From Akkermansiaceae bacterium (GTDB lineage: Bacteria; Verrucomicrobiota; Verrucomicrobiia; Verrucomicrobiales; Akkermansiaceae), in contig JAKMGP010000038.1 of the NCBI GenBank assembly GCA_022424905.1, forward strand, positions 704 through 64,703: 64,000 nucleotides of DNA. Direction: 5' to 3'. A program made the position numbers and the translations under genes. The notes under the pieces are model-generated. The model saw only the letters and a program-made list of their open reading frames with translations. It made no database searches and was not told the DNA's origin. Of the stretch, positions 18,907-28,495 are shown piece after piece (the stretch's first letter is position 1; each line of letters starts with the position of its first letter).

Positions 18907-19914
18907 CTAGATCTTGATGTCGGCATCTTTTCCGCCGAGTTCTTCGATAAGACGCTTAATGATGTCGTCACTCTTCACTCCAGCCGCTTCCGCGTTGAAG
19001 GTTGTCAGGACTCGATGACGTAGCACCGGCAGAGCCACTGCAGCGACATCGACCGTGGTCGCGTGAACCCGACCCCTAAGAACAGCGTGAGCTTTGGCTG
19101 CAGAAATCAATGAGATCCCGGCGCGGGGACCAGCACCCCAGCCTACCATATCTTTCACAAAATCAGGCGCTTCACTGGAGCCCGGACGTGTGGCCCGAGC
19201 CAGCTTTGCTGCAAAGTCGATAACATGATCGCCCACTGGGACTCGTTTCACAATATTTTGAAGCTGAATAATTTCAGGTCCAGTCATCAGCGGAGAAACT
19301 GTTGCTGAGTTTGGGCTAGTCACACGTCGAATTATTTCACGCTCCTCCTCGGCATTTGGGTAATCGACAACAATATTAAAGAGAAAACGATCAAGCTGGG
19401 CTTCCGGAAGAGGATAAGTCCCTTCTTGCTCAATCGGATTCTGCGTCGCCAGAACGAAAAATGGATCCGGTAGATCAAGCGTCCGCTCGCCCACAGTGAC
19501 GTGACCTTCCTGCATTGCCTCTAACAGAGCTGCCTGCGTCTTGGGAGGAGTTCGGTTAATCTCATCCGCTAGAACCATACTAGCAAAAAGAGGCCCATTC
19601 ACGAATCGGAAGCCGCGATGACCAGTTTCAGGATCAACCTCAAGCACATCAGTTCCGGTAATATCGGCCGGCATGAGGTCAGGAGTGAACTGAATCCGCT
19701 TGTATTGCAGGTCAAGTGCTTGGGAAACAGTCGAAACCAAAAGCGTCTTAGCCAACCCGGGCACTCCTACAAGTAGAGCGTGACCACGACAAAACATTGC
19801 CATGAGAACCTGTTCAACAACTTCATGTTGTCCCACAATGACTTGGGACAATTCATCCTTCATCCTCCCATAGCTCGCGTGGAGCTTTTCAACGGCAGCT
19901 TTATCCTCACTCAT
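18907..19914 (-). CDS. MoxR family AAA+ ATPase
   Basis: Walker A LVGVPGLAKT and Walker B LADEINR. The length of 335 aa and the downstream DUF58/VWA genes fit the family. Confidence 0.9.
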   Translation of the reverse strand: MSEDKAAVEKLHASYGRMKDELSQVIVGQHEVVEQVLMAMFCRGHALLVGVPGLAKTLLVSTVSQALDLQYKRIQFTPDLMPADITGTDVLEVDPETGHRGFRFVNGPLFASMVLADEINRTPPKTQAALLEAMQEGHVTVGERTLDLPDPFFVLATQNPIEQEGTYPLPEAQLDRFLFNIVVDYPNAEEEREIIRRVTSPNSATVSPLMTGPEIIQLQNIVKRVPVGDHVIDFAAKLARATRPGSSEAPDFVKDMVGWGAGPRAGISLISAAKAHAVLRGRVHATTVDVAAVALPVLRHRVLTTFNAEAAGVKSDDIIKRLIEELGGKDADIKI

Positions 19915-20018
19915 GATAGAAATTTCTTACGGCAAAAAGGTTAACTCTCTTACTTATTTTACAAAAAACTACTCCCAGTAGCCGTGACCCCTTGAAGCCT
20001 CAGAGACTTGCAGATAAT

Positions 20019-21020
20019 TCACTCTCTTAAAAGCCTTGCTGCCTCCTTCGCGAAGTAAGTCAAGATCATATCAGCCCCTGCACGTTTAATTGCGATCAAA
20101 CTTTCCATCATGACTGACTCTTCACAAATCCATCCTTCAGCCGATGCACTCTTAATCATAAGATACTCTCCACTCACCTGATAAGCCGCTACCGGCAGTG
20201 TCGTGTGCTCTCGTAAGTCACTGATAATATCAAGATAAGCACCTGCTGGCTTCACCATCACAATATCGGCCCCCTCATCTTCGTCTAGTAAAAGCTCCCG
20301 AAGCGCCTCCCGACGATTGGACGGATCCATTTGGTAACTCTTTTTATCTCCAGATTTTGGGGCAGACCCTAATGCCCCTCGAAACGGTCCATAATAAGCC
20401 GAAGCATACTTTGCCGTGTAGCTGCAAATCGAAACTTTCTGATAGCCCGCTGTATCTAAGGCCCCTCGTAAAGCACCTACCCGACCATCCATCATATCGC
20501 TTGGAGCGATGATGTCTGCCCCCGCCTCTGCTTGACTCACGGCCTGCTTGCAAAGAATCTCGATAGTTTCATCGTTCAAAATTTCCCCTTCTTCAAGAAT
20601 CCCATCATGCCCATCGATACTATAAGGATCGAGCGCAACATCCGTCATCACGACAAGCTCGGGGTAGGCTGACTTTAAAGCGCGAATCGCTCGTTGCACT
20701 AAGCCTTCATAATTAAAGCATTCCTCGCCCTTTTTCGTTTTTAAAGAATCATCAACTGCCGGAAACAATACAACCGCTGGGACTCCAACCGCTAAAGCCT
20801 CTCCGGCTTCTTTTACCATCCCATCAAGTGACCAACGTCTACAACCTGGCATCGAGGGGATCACCTCATCCTCCTCAAGATCGTGCAAAAACAAAGGGAG
20901 CACAAAGTCACTCGGGCACAGCAAAGTTTCACGGGTCAACGCTCGCAATCCCACGCTTTTTCGGTTGCGCCTTGGTCTGATCGGTAAATCCACACTTGAA
21001 GTATAATTTCTAAATTCCAA
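20019..21020 (-). CDS. hemB: Porphobilinogen synthase (delta-aminolevulinate dehydratase), Asp-rich (Mg/non-Zn) type
   Basis: RPRRNR, DVALDPYSIDGHDG (aspartates in place of the Zn-binding cysteines), SDMMDGR, KSYQMDP and MVKPA motifs. Confidence 0.95.
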   Translation of the reverse strand: MEFRNYTSSVDLPIRPRRNRKSVGLRALTRETLLCPSDFVLPLFLHDLEEDEVIPSMPGCRRWSLDGMVKEAGEALAVGVPAVVLFPAVDDSLKTKKGEECFNYEGLVQRAIRALKSAYPELVVMTDVALDPYSIDGHDGILEEGEILNDETIEILCKQAVSQAEAGADIIAPSDMMDGRVGALRGALDTAGYQKVSICSYTAKYASAYYGPFRGALGSAPKSGDKKSYQMDPSNRREALRELLLDEDEGADIVMVKPAGAYLDIISDLREHTTLPVAAYQVSGEYLMIKSASAEGWICEESVMMESLIAIKRAGADMILTYFAKEAARLLRE

Positions 21021-21048
21021 AATCCGAATCTTAAATTACCTTCCTTCC

Positions 21049-21657
21049 GTGGCCCACACCCCTTTCACCGAACTCCTTCAAGGAGATCTAGCAAGCTTAG
21101 AAACGAATCTTCGTAATCTTCTCGGGCCGCACCTCTTGAAAAAAGACCACCTTTCCCTCCTCAATCTCGCTTGTGGCCGCGGCGATGAAACAGGTGTCCT
21201 GGCAAGGCTCCTAGCCGAAAACTCTAAATCGTCCCACCTTCAAGGACTCGATATCCGTGCCGCCGAGATTGACCAGGCCAATTCCCGCTGGAAAGAGGAG
21301 CTGCAAAAAGCAGGAGAACAAAACACCTCGGTCGACTTCATCACCCATCGTGGCGACCGACTCCTCGAACTCGCCGAAATTGGTACACCTGATATCGCCT
21401 TCCTTCGGCATCAAAATTACTGGAACGATAAACCTGTTTGGACCCGGATCTTCGACCAGGCCCTTGAGCGATTAAACGATGATGGATTACTCGTAATCAC
21501 ATCCTACTTCGACAAAGAACACGAGCTCGCTACTGAAGCTCTAAAAAATCTGGGCTCCATCCAAGTTGGATCCATAATCAACCCTAACTCCCGAGCCCTC
21601 TCGGACGCACCCGGTAAGTCAGTCGACAAACACCTAGCCATCTTCCAAAAGAAATAG
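21049..21657 (+). CDS. Class I SAM-dependent methyltransferase-like protein
   Basis: Motif-I-like LLNLACGRGDETGVL, then an acidic residue after beta-2 (GLDI). GTG start according to the ORF track. The substrate is unknown. Confidence 0.5.
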   Translation: MAHTPFTELLQGDLASLETNLRNLLGPHLLKKDHLSLLNLACGRGDETGVLARLLAENSKSSHLQGLDIRAAEIDQANSRWKEELQKAGEQNTSVDFITHRGDRLLELAEIGTPDIAFLRHQNYWNDKPVWTRIFDQALERLNDDGLLVITSYFDKEHELATEALKNLGSIQVGSIINPNSRALSDAPGKSVDKHLAIFQKK

Positions 21658-21696
21658 AGACAAGGTAAATCAATCATGAAAAACTCGGGTAATCGC

Positions 21697-22704
21697 CTAG
21701 CTCAAAGATAGAACAAGCTCTAATCTTTCCTTATTCGGAAAAAGGTTGGATTCAAAATGATTCATGACGAAGGCATAACTCATCCCGGTCTCTACATTTG
21801 CAAAACCATAACTCCCGCCGGCCCCTGGGTGACCAAAACAATTCCTATCGGGACCTAGTCCAAGCATTACACCGAAACCAAAAGAATTTTCGATGCGCTG
21901 GATTTCATCTAATCCCTTAATTCTTGGCCTGATCAGTTCTTCTAAAAAATTCTGGCGGAGGACCCAGTCATAAAACTTCGCCAAGCCTAGAGCCGAGCCA
22001 ACCCCTCCCATCGCAGGAAAACCGGCCTGCCAAGCTCTTGGCTGGTTCATCTCGCTTACCCCAGCAAGATCGGAGGGGGAAGAGAAGGCCAGCCTTGTCA
22101 ATGAACCCTTTGTAAGCAGAGCTTCGTAAAACGGCTTTGGTTCTCCATTTTTTGAAAGTCGCGCTGGCACTAACTCGGCCACCCGTGAAAATTGTTCCTT
22201 CGGCAATCCTATCCAAAAATCGATCCCTTCTGGTGCCGCAATTTCATCTCTCCAAAAATGCCCCAACGCGCGTCCGTCGACCCGGCGCACAATTTCATCC
22301 GCTAAAAATCCGATTGTCCTTGGATGATACCCATGCGTCCCCACTGACCACAATGGATCTTGATTTTCGAGGGAGGCAATGACCGCTTCCCGATCCCAAA
22401 TCGAAGCCTTCTCGTGTAACCCGGCATAGCCCCCTTGATGGGAAAACATCTCTTCAAAAGTCAAATTCCCTGTTCCCAATTCTGGCCACACCCCCTCGAC
22501 TAACGATTCTCCATTCATTCCGATACGGTGAAGTGCCATAAGGACACAAACCGCCATTGGCCCCTTCGTCGCCGACCAAACTGGAGCAATCGTTTTCTCC
22601 GTCCAAACTTTCGTTCGATGCCGATCTGAAAACCCTTCATGGCGCGACACTAACTCCTTACAATCTTTCATGGCCACAAAGGACCAACCGATTTCGCCTT
22701 TCAT
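21697..22704 (-). CDS. Beta-lactamase-fold serine hydrolase
   Basis: SxxK motif SATK near the N-terminus. The C-terminal HPGAGGS block resembles the KTG/HxG box of class C / esterase EstB-type hydrolases. The start overlaps the addA-like stop by 4 bp. Confidence 0.65.
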   Translation of the reverse strand: MKGEIGWSFVAMKDCKELVSRHEGFSDRHRTKVWTEKTIAPVWSATKGPMAVCVLMALHRIGMNGESLVEGVWPELGTGNLTFEEMFSHQGGYAGLHEKASIWDREAVIASLENQDPLWSVGTHGYHPRTIGFLADEIVRRVDGRALGHFWRDEIAAPEGIDFWIGLPKEQFSRVAELVPARLSKNGEPKPFYEALLTKGSLTRLAFSSPSDLAGVSEMNQPRAWQAGFPAMGGVGSALGLAKFYDWVLRQNFLEELIRPRIKGLDEIQRIENSFGFGVMLGLGPDRNCFGHPGAGGSYGFANVETGMSYAFVMNHFESNLFPNKERLELVLSLS

Positions 22705-25697
22705 AAATCCAACTCTCCCTGGATATCACCTCCATTTACATCAATTACTTCGGCCAATGAAGTCGAGACTATCCGGCACTCCACCATTGAAACACTAACC
22801 TCAAATACTTGAGCCACCGCAGCTTGATAAGTCATCATCTGCTCAAGATAACGCACCACCAAATCAGAAGACGACTTCACTACATCCGTCTTAAAATCAA
22901 TAACTTCTATCCGTGAGATCTCACCAGCCTCCCGATAAAGATGCAAGCGGTCGACCACGCCACTCATCCATTTATTTTGATAAATCAATTCAAAGGGCTG
23001 CTCGCGATAAAGCTCAGCTCCATCATTCACAAAGACTTTGTGAATTGCTTCCTCTTTCAAAGAATCTTCCACGATTTTTCCGGCAGTAGAAAACGATTGC
23101 GCCGGGACTTCGCCCGGAGATAACCATCCGATTTTTTCGAACAAACGATGAACTTCGACACCTAACCGTCGACCAGTTCCACCTCCTTTAGCAGCCACCC
23201 CTTTCTCCGAAGACGGGCTCGTTCGACTTCTCCTAGGTTTTCCCTCGGGTAATTTTAAAACCTCACCTCCTTCTATTTTCTTTGAGCTAGGAACACTCGC
23301 GCTCCAATCCGGGTCTGACCCAATTAATTCTAAACCGGTTGATTGTCTGACCAAGTTGGCCGGTGTCGCATGCCTCTCGCCAGCCGGCTTTCCTCTTCGC
23401 GCCACGGGCTCCTCGGGCAAGAACACATAAAGACCGCGCTTAGCCCTCGTCAAAGCCACATACAGCAAACAGAGCGTCTCGTATTTTTGTGACTCAGCCC
23501 AACGTTCATATGCAGCTTTTGTTTCTGGATGTGCAAGATAGGCCCATTTTCCAGGAACCTGTAGCAACCAGCCGACTCCTCGCGCGACTTTAAAATCACC
23601 CGCGTTGGGAACCTGCAAGCGATCCGGCAACTCTGGCAACATCACGACATCAAACCCGAGTCCCTTTGACTTATGAATCGTCATCACCTGAATTGCAGCG
23701 ACTCCTGGAGCTTGGTTAACATGTAATCCACGAATCCAATTTGCAGCCGCTCGTGGACACGCTTCACCGGTACGATCGAACTCCGCTAAGGCAGCGATAA
23801 AATCCTCTGCTCGACGACGTCCGTATAGCTCCAAACGTCCCCACTCCGGGGCCACCAAGGCACTCACAAAACGAGCAAAACCTATTCCTTGGATCTCCCT
23901 CAAAACCCCATCCCAACATCGTCCCCATCCCTCTCCATACTTCTCGAGAGTCACCATCACCGGAGACATCGCGAGCACCTCGCGACTGTAATCGTTAGCG
24001 GGATTTGCCAGCCACTCAATGAGGTGTTTGATCACCACTCCCACCGCATGATCCGATCCCGGCTCCCGCTGTCCGGCCTCGATCACATCGAAGCCTTCCG
24101 CTCGCAACAAGTCGGCATACTTCTTCACCTGATCCCCCTTTCGAACCAACACGCCGCAACTCAACTCTTTCTCACCAATTCGGAGCCTCCGAAGTTCCGA
24201 CACCAAAGCCTCTCCTTCCTCATCTTTTGACACCTCGACCACCTTCGCTTCACCCGTCACCCCTGGCTTGGCTGACTCATGATCCTTCCATTTCCATTCC
24301 TCGCGAACGGCCTTACCAAAGAGATCTTCAATCAGCCCAAGGTTGCCGCAAACAGCATTCACTAACGCCAGCACCGCCGAGCATGATCGCCATGAGACAT
24401 CCATAGGCTCGATCTCTAAACCATCTTGATAGCGTCGGAGAACATCATCGAAGAGACTGACATCTCCACCACGCCAAGCATAAATACCCTGCTTACGATC
24501 ACCAACCACAAAGAAGCTACCCTCCGGATCAGCCACGGCTTCATCGATGAGAGGCTCAAGTCCCCGCCACTCTGCTCGACTTGTGTCTTGGAATTCATCG
24601 AGCAACCAGTGGTCATACCGACCGTCGAGGCGATAATCGATTAACTCGCGACGCAACCGTGCCCCTTCGCTCTGGCTCCATTTACCTAAAAGAATCTTCA
24701 CGTCATCAAAGCTCAGAAGACCCCGCTTGCGCAACTGCTCGACGTGCTCGTGGTCGACCTGCTCCATTAATTCTCCGATCGCCTGAGTCTTGGAAACCGC
24801 ACTCGCCAACTCACATCCGATCGCCAAGCGGAACAACTGTTGCCAAATCTTCCATTGTTCCAGAGAAATCGTAAGGATCTTACGACCATCCTTCACCTCC
24901 ACTGGCCCGGGCTCATCAAGCACCTCTAACAAGCGCTTTCCAAAGGTATTCATCGCCAGTGATTTTCCAACAACGTGATCACGAAAGGTGTCCAGCATAG
25001 CGTTCCACGTCTTTCCTTGGGAATCATCACGTAAAGCCGTAATCAATCCATCTTTCTGGCCAAACCAATCTTCTGCCTGAGGCAAATCTGCAAACACCTT
25101 GGCATTCCCGAATACTTCCTTTCCCGCGCCTGATTTCCAGATCCGGTGCCAGGTCTCGATAAACTCTTCCAATGACCGCTGCACTCCTTGTTGTCCTTGG
25201 CCTAAGCTCGCTTTTCGAAAAGCATGAAAAAACTCCTGCCGCTCCCCAAAACCATCCCGCAAGACACCTTGTAAAATCTCCGCTTGAGCCGTCTTCAACC
25301 GTTCACCTTCCAGCAAATCAAAGGCTCCTCCAGTTAAGCCCAGTTCATACTGAAAACCTCTTACAATCCTTGAAAAGAAACCATCGAGCGTCGTAAACTG
25401 AATTTGAGGCAAGGCCCGAATTACTTTCTCGAGGACTGCAGGTAAATCGATCGTTGCGCGAATGCCGTCACACACCGACTTCCCTTCCTTGGGATCCGAA
25501 CACCCCTTAGCCAACTTGGTAAGCACCGAGTCGGCAAACTCTCCCGCTGCCTTGCGAGTAAACGTCAGCGCCACAATCCGCTCCGGCTCCACTCCTTCCT
25601 TCCCGATTTTTCCAATGACCCGGTTTCCCAGTTGATAAGTCTTCCCTGATCCTGCCGAGGCGAGAATCAAAAGATTCTTAGCCAGGATTTCTCTCAC
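22701..25697 (-). CDS. addA: UvrD/Rep-type helicase with C-terminal PD-(D/E)xK nuclease (AddA/RecB-like)
   Basis: Walker A ASAGSGKTYQL, helicase blocks DEFQDTS, VGDRKQGIYAWRGG, TIHKSKGL and YVALTRA. C-terminal nuclease block GVVDRLHL...IEVIDFKTD...YLEQMMTYQ. Confidence 0.75.
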   Translation of the reverse strand: MREILAKNLLILASAGSGKTYQLGNRVIGKIGKEGVEPERIVALTFTRKAAGEFADSVLTKLAKGCSDPKEGKSVCDGIRATIDLPAVLEKVIRALPQIQFTTLDGFFSRIVRGFQYELGLTGGAFDLLEGERLKTAQAEILQGVLRDGFGERQEFFHAFRKASLGQGQQGVQRSLEEFIETWHRIWKSGAGKEVFGNAKVFADLPQAEDWFGQKDGLITALRDDSQGKTWNAMLDTFRDHVVGKSLAMNTFGKRLLEVLDEPGPVEVKDGRKILTISLEQWKIWQQLFRLAIGCELASAVSKTQAIGELMEQVDHEHVEQLRKRGLLSFDDVKILLGKWSQSEGARLRRELIDYRLDGRYDHWLLDEFQDTSRAEWRGLEPLIDEAVADPEGSFFVVGDRKQGIYAWRGGDVSLFDDVLRRYQDGLEIEPMDVSWRSCSAVLALVNAVCGNLGLIEDLFGKAVREEWKWKDHESAKPGVTGEAKVVEVSKDEEGEALVSELRRLRIGEKELSCGVLVRKGDQVKKYADLLRAEGFDVIEAGQREPGSDHAVGVVIKHLIEWLANPANDYSREVLAMSPVMVTLEKYGEGWGRCWDGVLREIQGIGFARFVSALVAPEWGRLELYGRRRAEDFIAALAEFDRTGEACPRAAANWIRGLHVNQAPGVAAIQVMTIHKSKGLGFDVVMLPELPDRLQVPNAGDFKVARGVGWLLQVPGKWAYLAHPETKAAYERWAESQKYETLCLLYVALTRAKRGLYVFLPEEPVARRGKPAGERHATPANLVRQSTGLELIGSDPDWSASVPSSKKIEGGEVLKLPEGKPRRSRTSPSSEKGVAAKGGGTGRRLGVEVHRLFEKIGWLSPGEVPAQSFSTAGKIVEDSLKEEAIHKVFVNDGAELYREQPFELIYQNKWMSGVVDRLHLYREAGEISRIEVIDFKTDVVKSSSDLVVRYLEQMMTYQAAVAQVFEVSVSMVECRIVSTSLAEVIDVNGGDIQGELDL

Positions 25698-28393
25698 TCC
25701 ACACCTCCTTTTCCAGAAAAAGCTTCCGCAAGCTCACGACCAAAAGCTAGGTCTTCAAAGTCGTCATAAGCGACCTTCTCCGCGGGAGGCCAAAAGATCT
25801 CCTGCTGAACCTGCCCCACGATCCACTCAGCACACCGACGGGCCGACACCTTCTCTTCCTCACCAAAACCATCCCATGGCGTGACCTTTACATTCGCCTC
25901 ATCCTGTCCCAACGCAAAGTATCCAATCTCATCAACTTTGCCAAAGGCATCGGCATAAAATGGCACCTGTAAATTAGTCCAGATCGCCCCGCCCGGAGCC
26001 ATCACTTCCTCGACTCTCAAATGCACAGGAGGGTCATTTCGAAACTTTCGCTGATGTTCACGCACCACATCCTTGGCTTCCTTGCTACTTTTATAATCTA
26101 AAACCCGCACTCTACCGTCGTCGTTCTTCTCAATCCGATCAATCTGACCGCTCACGGTTGCTCCCCCGATTTCCAACTCAAAGTTTTTTTCCACTTCAAC
26201 AATGCGCCATCCTTGAGCTCGAATCTTAGCCTGCTCTTCAGAGAACCAGCCCAACCGTAAACGCATCGATTCAACCTGCAAGGAAACGGCCAAGGGCAAT
26301 TCCTCACCAAAGTGTCGAGACACCAGTTCATCAAGAGATTGCTCGAGCCCTTTGCGGATCTTCGCCGCATCAGCCGAATCCCGCAACACCTTGTCGCGTC
26401 CCCAACTTTCCAGCACATCATGAATGACGTTCCCGAAGTCTCGATGGTTCCACTCCACCCGTTCGGGCTCCGGTTCATTCATTCCCAAAACCCGCTGTAA
26501 GTAATAGCGAAATGGACAGGCTAGGTATTTGGAAAACGCCGTCACTGACATTCTTGCCTTCGGTGATTTCTCGCGTGGATTCCATTTCCAATGATCTTCC
26601 AAAGCCCACGCCACGCCCGAGTCGGCGGGCTCCACCTCAGCAAAGAGCACACTCACAATCTGTGCCAGAGATTCTCCTTTCGCAGTCAAAAGGAGTCGCG
26701 AAGGCATCAAAACATCACCTCCCTGCGACGATTTTCCAACGATCAAATCTACTCGCCCACTCTCCCGACGCATCTCGAGAAGAGCATGCAAAAGGTAGGC
26801 ATCTCTCGCAGCCCGACTTTCCTCCCGAGACAACCCCAGCGCCTCGCGCGCACTTTCTGGCAACCATGTATCGCTGCTCGCTCGCCCCGGGACGCAGCCC
26901 TCGTTCATTCCACAAACCACCAGATGACTCGCTGGATCATGGAGCAATTCTAACCACCCTTGCACATCGAGCACTCTCTCTTCTGGAGCCTCCTCCGGAA
27001 CCGGCCCAAGGTCCTGCAATAAGAGCTCAATCCAAAAGACGGGCGGGCGCTTTACCTCCTGGGCCGCCCCCACAGTCTCATCCAACCAATCTAAAAGCCC
27101 CGCTTCATCATTCCGATCAATTCGCCCGGCCAAAGAGCGCATTCCTTGATGGAAACCCTGACTCAAAAACCTCTTTCGGAGCCCTGAAAAATTCGACATC
27201 ACCTGTTCGGCTACGACCGCTGATTTGAGTTGATGATCCAGTCTCTTTCGCTTGCTCTCGGTATTCGCTTGCTCCAACGAATTAGCAATTAACTGGCGCG
27301 CCCGAGAAACATCAGAAAGATCACGAACTAGATGGGAATCGAGCAAAGAGCAAAGCGCCTCAACTTGCTGCGAACGGATTCCTTCGACCAAAGATCTTCC
27401 CTGGTCAAAAGCCAACATATCCACCACCTCCTTCACTCCTGGGTTTTGTAAATAGCGCCTCCAGCAACTCAACCATCCCGCGAGAGACGAAGGCAGCGAC
27501 GCCCCTGGGTCGTGGATGACCCATCCTGCTCGTGCAAATGATCTTACCAGTTCGGCCGCGATTTGTTCATCAGCCGTGCCTAACCCAATATTATTACATT
27601 CCGATTCAGCTTCGACGACTTTGGTAACTGCTAAAGTCGCCTGTTGACTCGGATCGCCCGTTAAAGTGACGCTTCCCGTTTTTGGCCACTGGATTTCTTG
27701 CCTATTCCACTCCAAACCAGGGCGTCCCCATTCATCCACTCTTGGGTCGGGGACGAGGACATTCACCATGATTTCAATCTTTTCAAAAAATCGAATCAAT
27801 ACAGGCGGAAGATCCAACACGCCAGCGATCACCACCCTTGAAATGCCTTCCGGAAATTCCAAATTGCCCGATGCCAGTCGAGTCGATTTACTCTCGTAAC
27901 CCCAATTCTTTAGATGGTTTTCCACCTCTCTTTCCAACCTCGCTAACTGCTCCCAACGAGCATGCTCAAGCGCACTTACCCGACGAGCAGCCTCACTCAA
28001 CATCAAACCATTTTCTTGGAGACTTTTACGGAGTTCGACGAAGGATTTCGCCAGCCCCAAGCTCCAACCGGATCCGTCACTCGCTGGCGATTCCGGGAAA
28101 ATTGCTTCGTAATTCTCCCAGTCTTCCAGACTTTCAAGCGCTTCAGTCCAAGCGAGAACCTCCACCGAATCCGCAGCGGTCTCCTCTATTTGCAAAAGAG
28201 CTCCGGTCGTAACAACCCTCGGAGCGAGAAGAGCACCACGCTCCGCCAAACCCTCCCTCAATCGCCGACCACTCTCGGCCGTAGGCACGAGAATAAGAAA
28301 TTTTGGCAATTCTTCCTTCTTTTCTAAAAGCCAATCAACGACCGCCGTCCCATAGGGCTTCGAAAAGAGAAAAGAAGTAATCTCCGCAGGCAT
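25694..28393 (-). CDS. addB: AddB-like PD-(D/E)xK nuclease subunit (inactivated helicase fold)
   Basis: The 899-aa protein is translationally coupled (4-bp overlap) to the addA-like gene. It has no intact Walker A (LILVPTAESGRRL). C-terminal nuclease block YLACPFRYYL...GQIDRIE...VRVLDYKSS. No C-terminal cysteine cluster was seen. Confidence 0.65.
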   Translation of the reverse strand: MPAEITSFLFSKPYGTAVVDWLLEKKEELPKFLILVPTAESGRRLREGLAERGALLAPRVVTTGALLQIEETAADSVEVLAWTEALESLEDWENYEAIFPESPASDGSGWSLGLAKSFVELRKSLQENGLMLSEAARRVSALEHARWEQLARLEREVENHLKNWGYESKSTRLASGNLEFPEGISRVVIAGVLDLPPVLIRFFEKIEIMVNVLVPDPRVDEWGRPGLEWNRQEIQWPKTGSVTLTGDPSQQATLAVTKVVEAESECNNIGLGTADEQIAAELVRSFARAGWVIHDPGASLPSSLAGWLSCWRRYLQNPGVKEVVDMLAFDQGRSLVEGIRSQQVEALCSLLDSHLVRDLSDVSRARQLIANSLEQANTESKRKRLDHQLKSAVVAEQVMSNFSGLRKRFLSQGFHQGMRSLAGRIDRNDEAGLLDWLDETVGAAQEVKRPPVFWIELLLQDLGPVPEEAPEERVLDVQGWLELLHDPASHLVVCGMNEGCVPGRASSDTWLPESAREALGLSREESRAARDAYLLHALLEMRRESGRVDLIVGKSSQGGDVLMPSRLLLTAKGESLAQIVSVLFAEVEPADSGVAWALEDHWKWNPREKSPKARMSVTAFSKYLACPFRYYLQRVLGMNEPEPERVEWNHRDFGNVIHDVLESWGRDKVLRDSADAAKIRKGLEQSLDELVSRHFGEELPLAVSLQVESMRLRLGWFSEEQAKIRAQGWRIVEVEKNFELEIGGATVSGQIDRIEKNDDGRVRVLDYKSSKEAKDVVREHQRKFRNDPPVHLRVEEVMAPGGAIWTNLQVPFYADAFGKVDEIGYFALGQDEANVKVTPWDGFGEEEKVSARRCAEWIVGQVQQEIFWPPAEKVAYDDFEDLAFGRELAEAFSGKGGVE

Positions 28394-28495
28394 GACGGAA
28401 GCATCCTCAATCGTTTAGCTGGATCCAATCTCAATCCTTCACCAAACGAAAAAATCCCCTCGAAAACCTGATACGATAATGGCAACCTCCCTTCT

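Noticed and set aside
26512-27228. A 238-aa plus-strand ORF, with an overlapping 120-aa ORF, inside the addB-like gene.
   Set aside because: It is antisense to a motif-supported CDS. The product is Pro/Ser/Arg-rich and low-complexity, so it is a shadow ORF.
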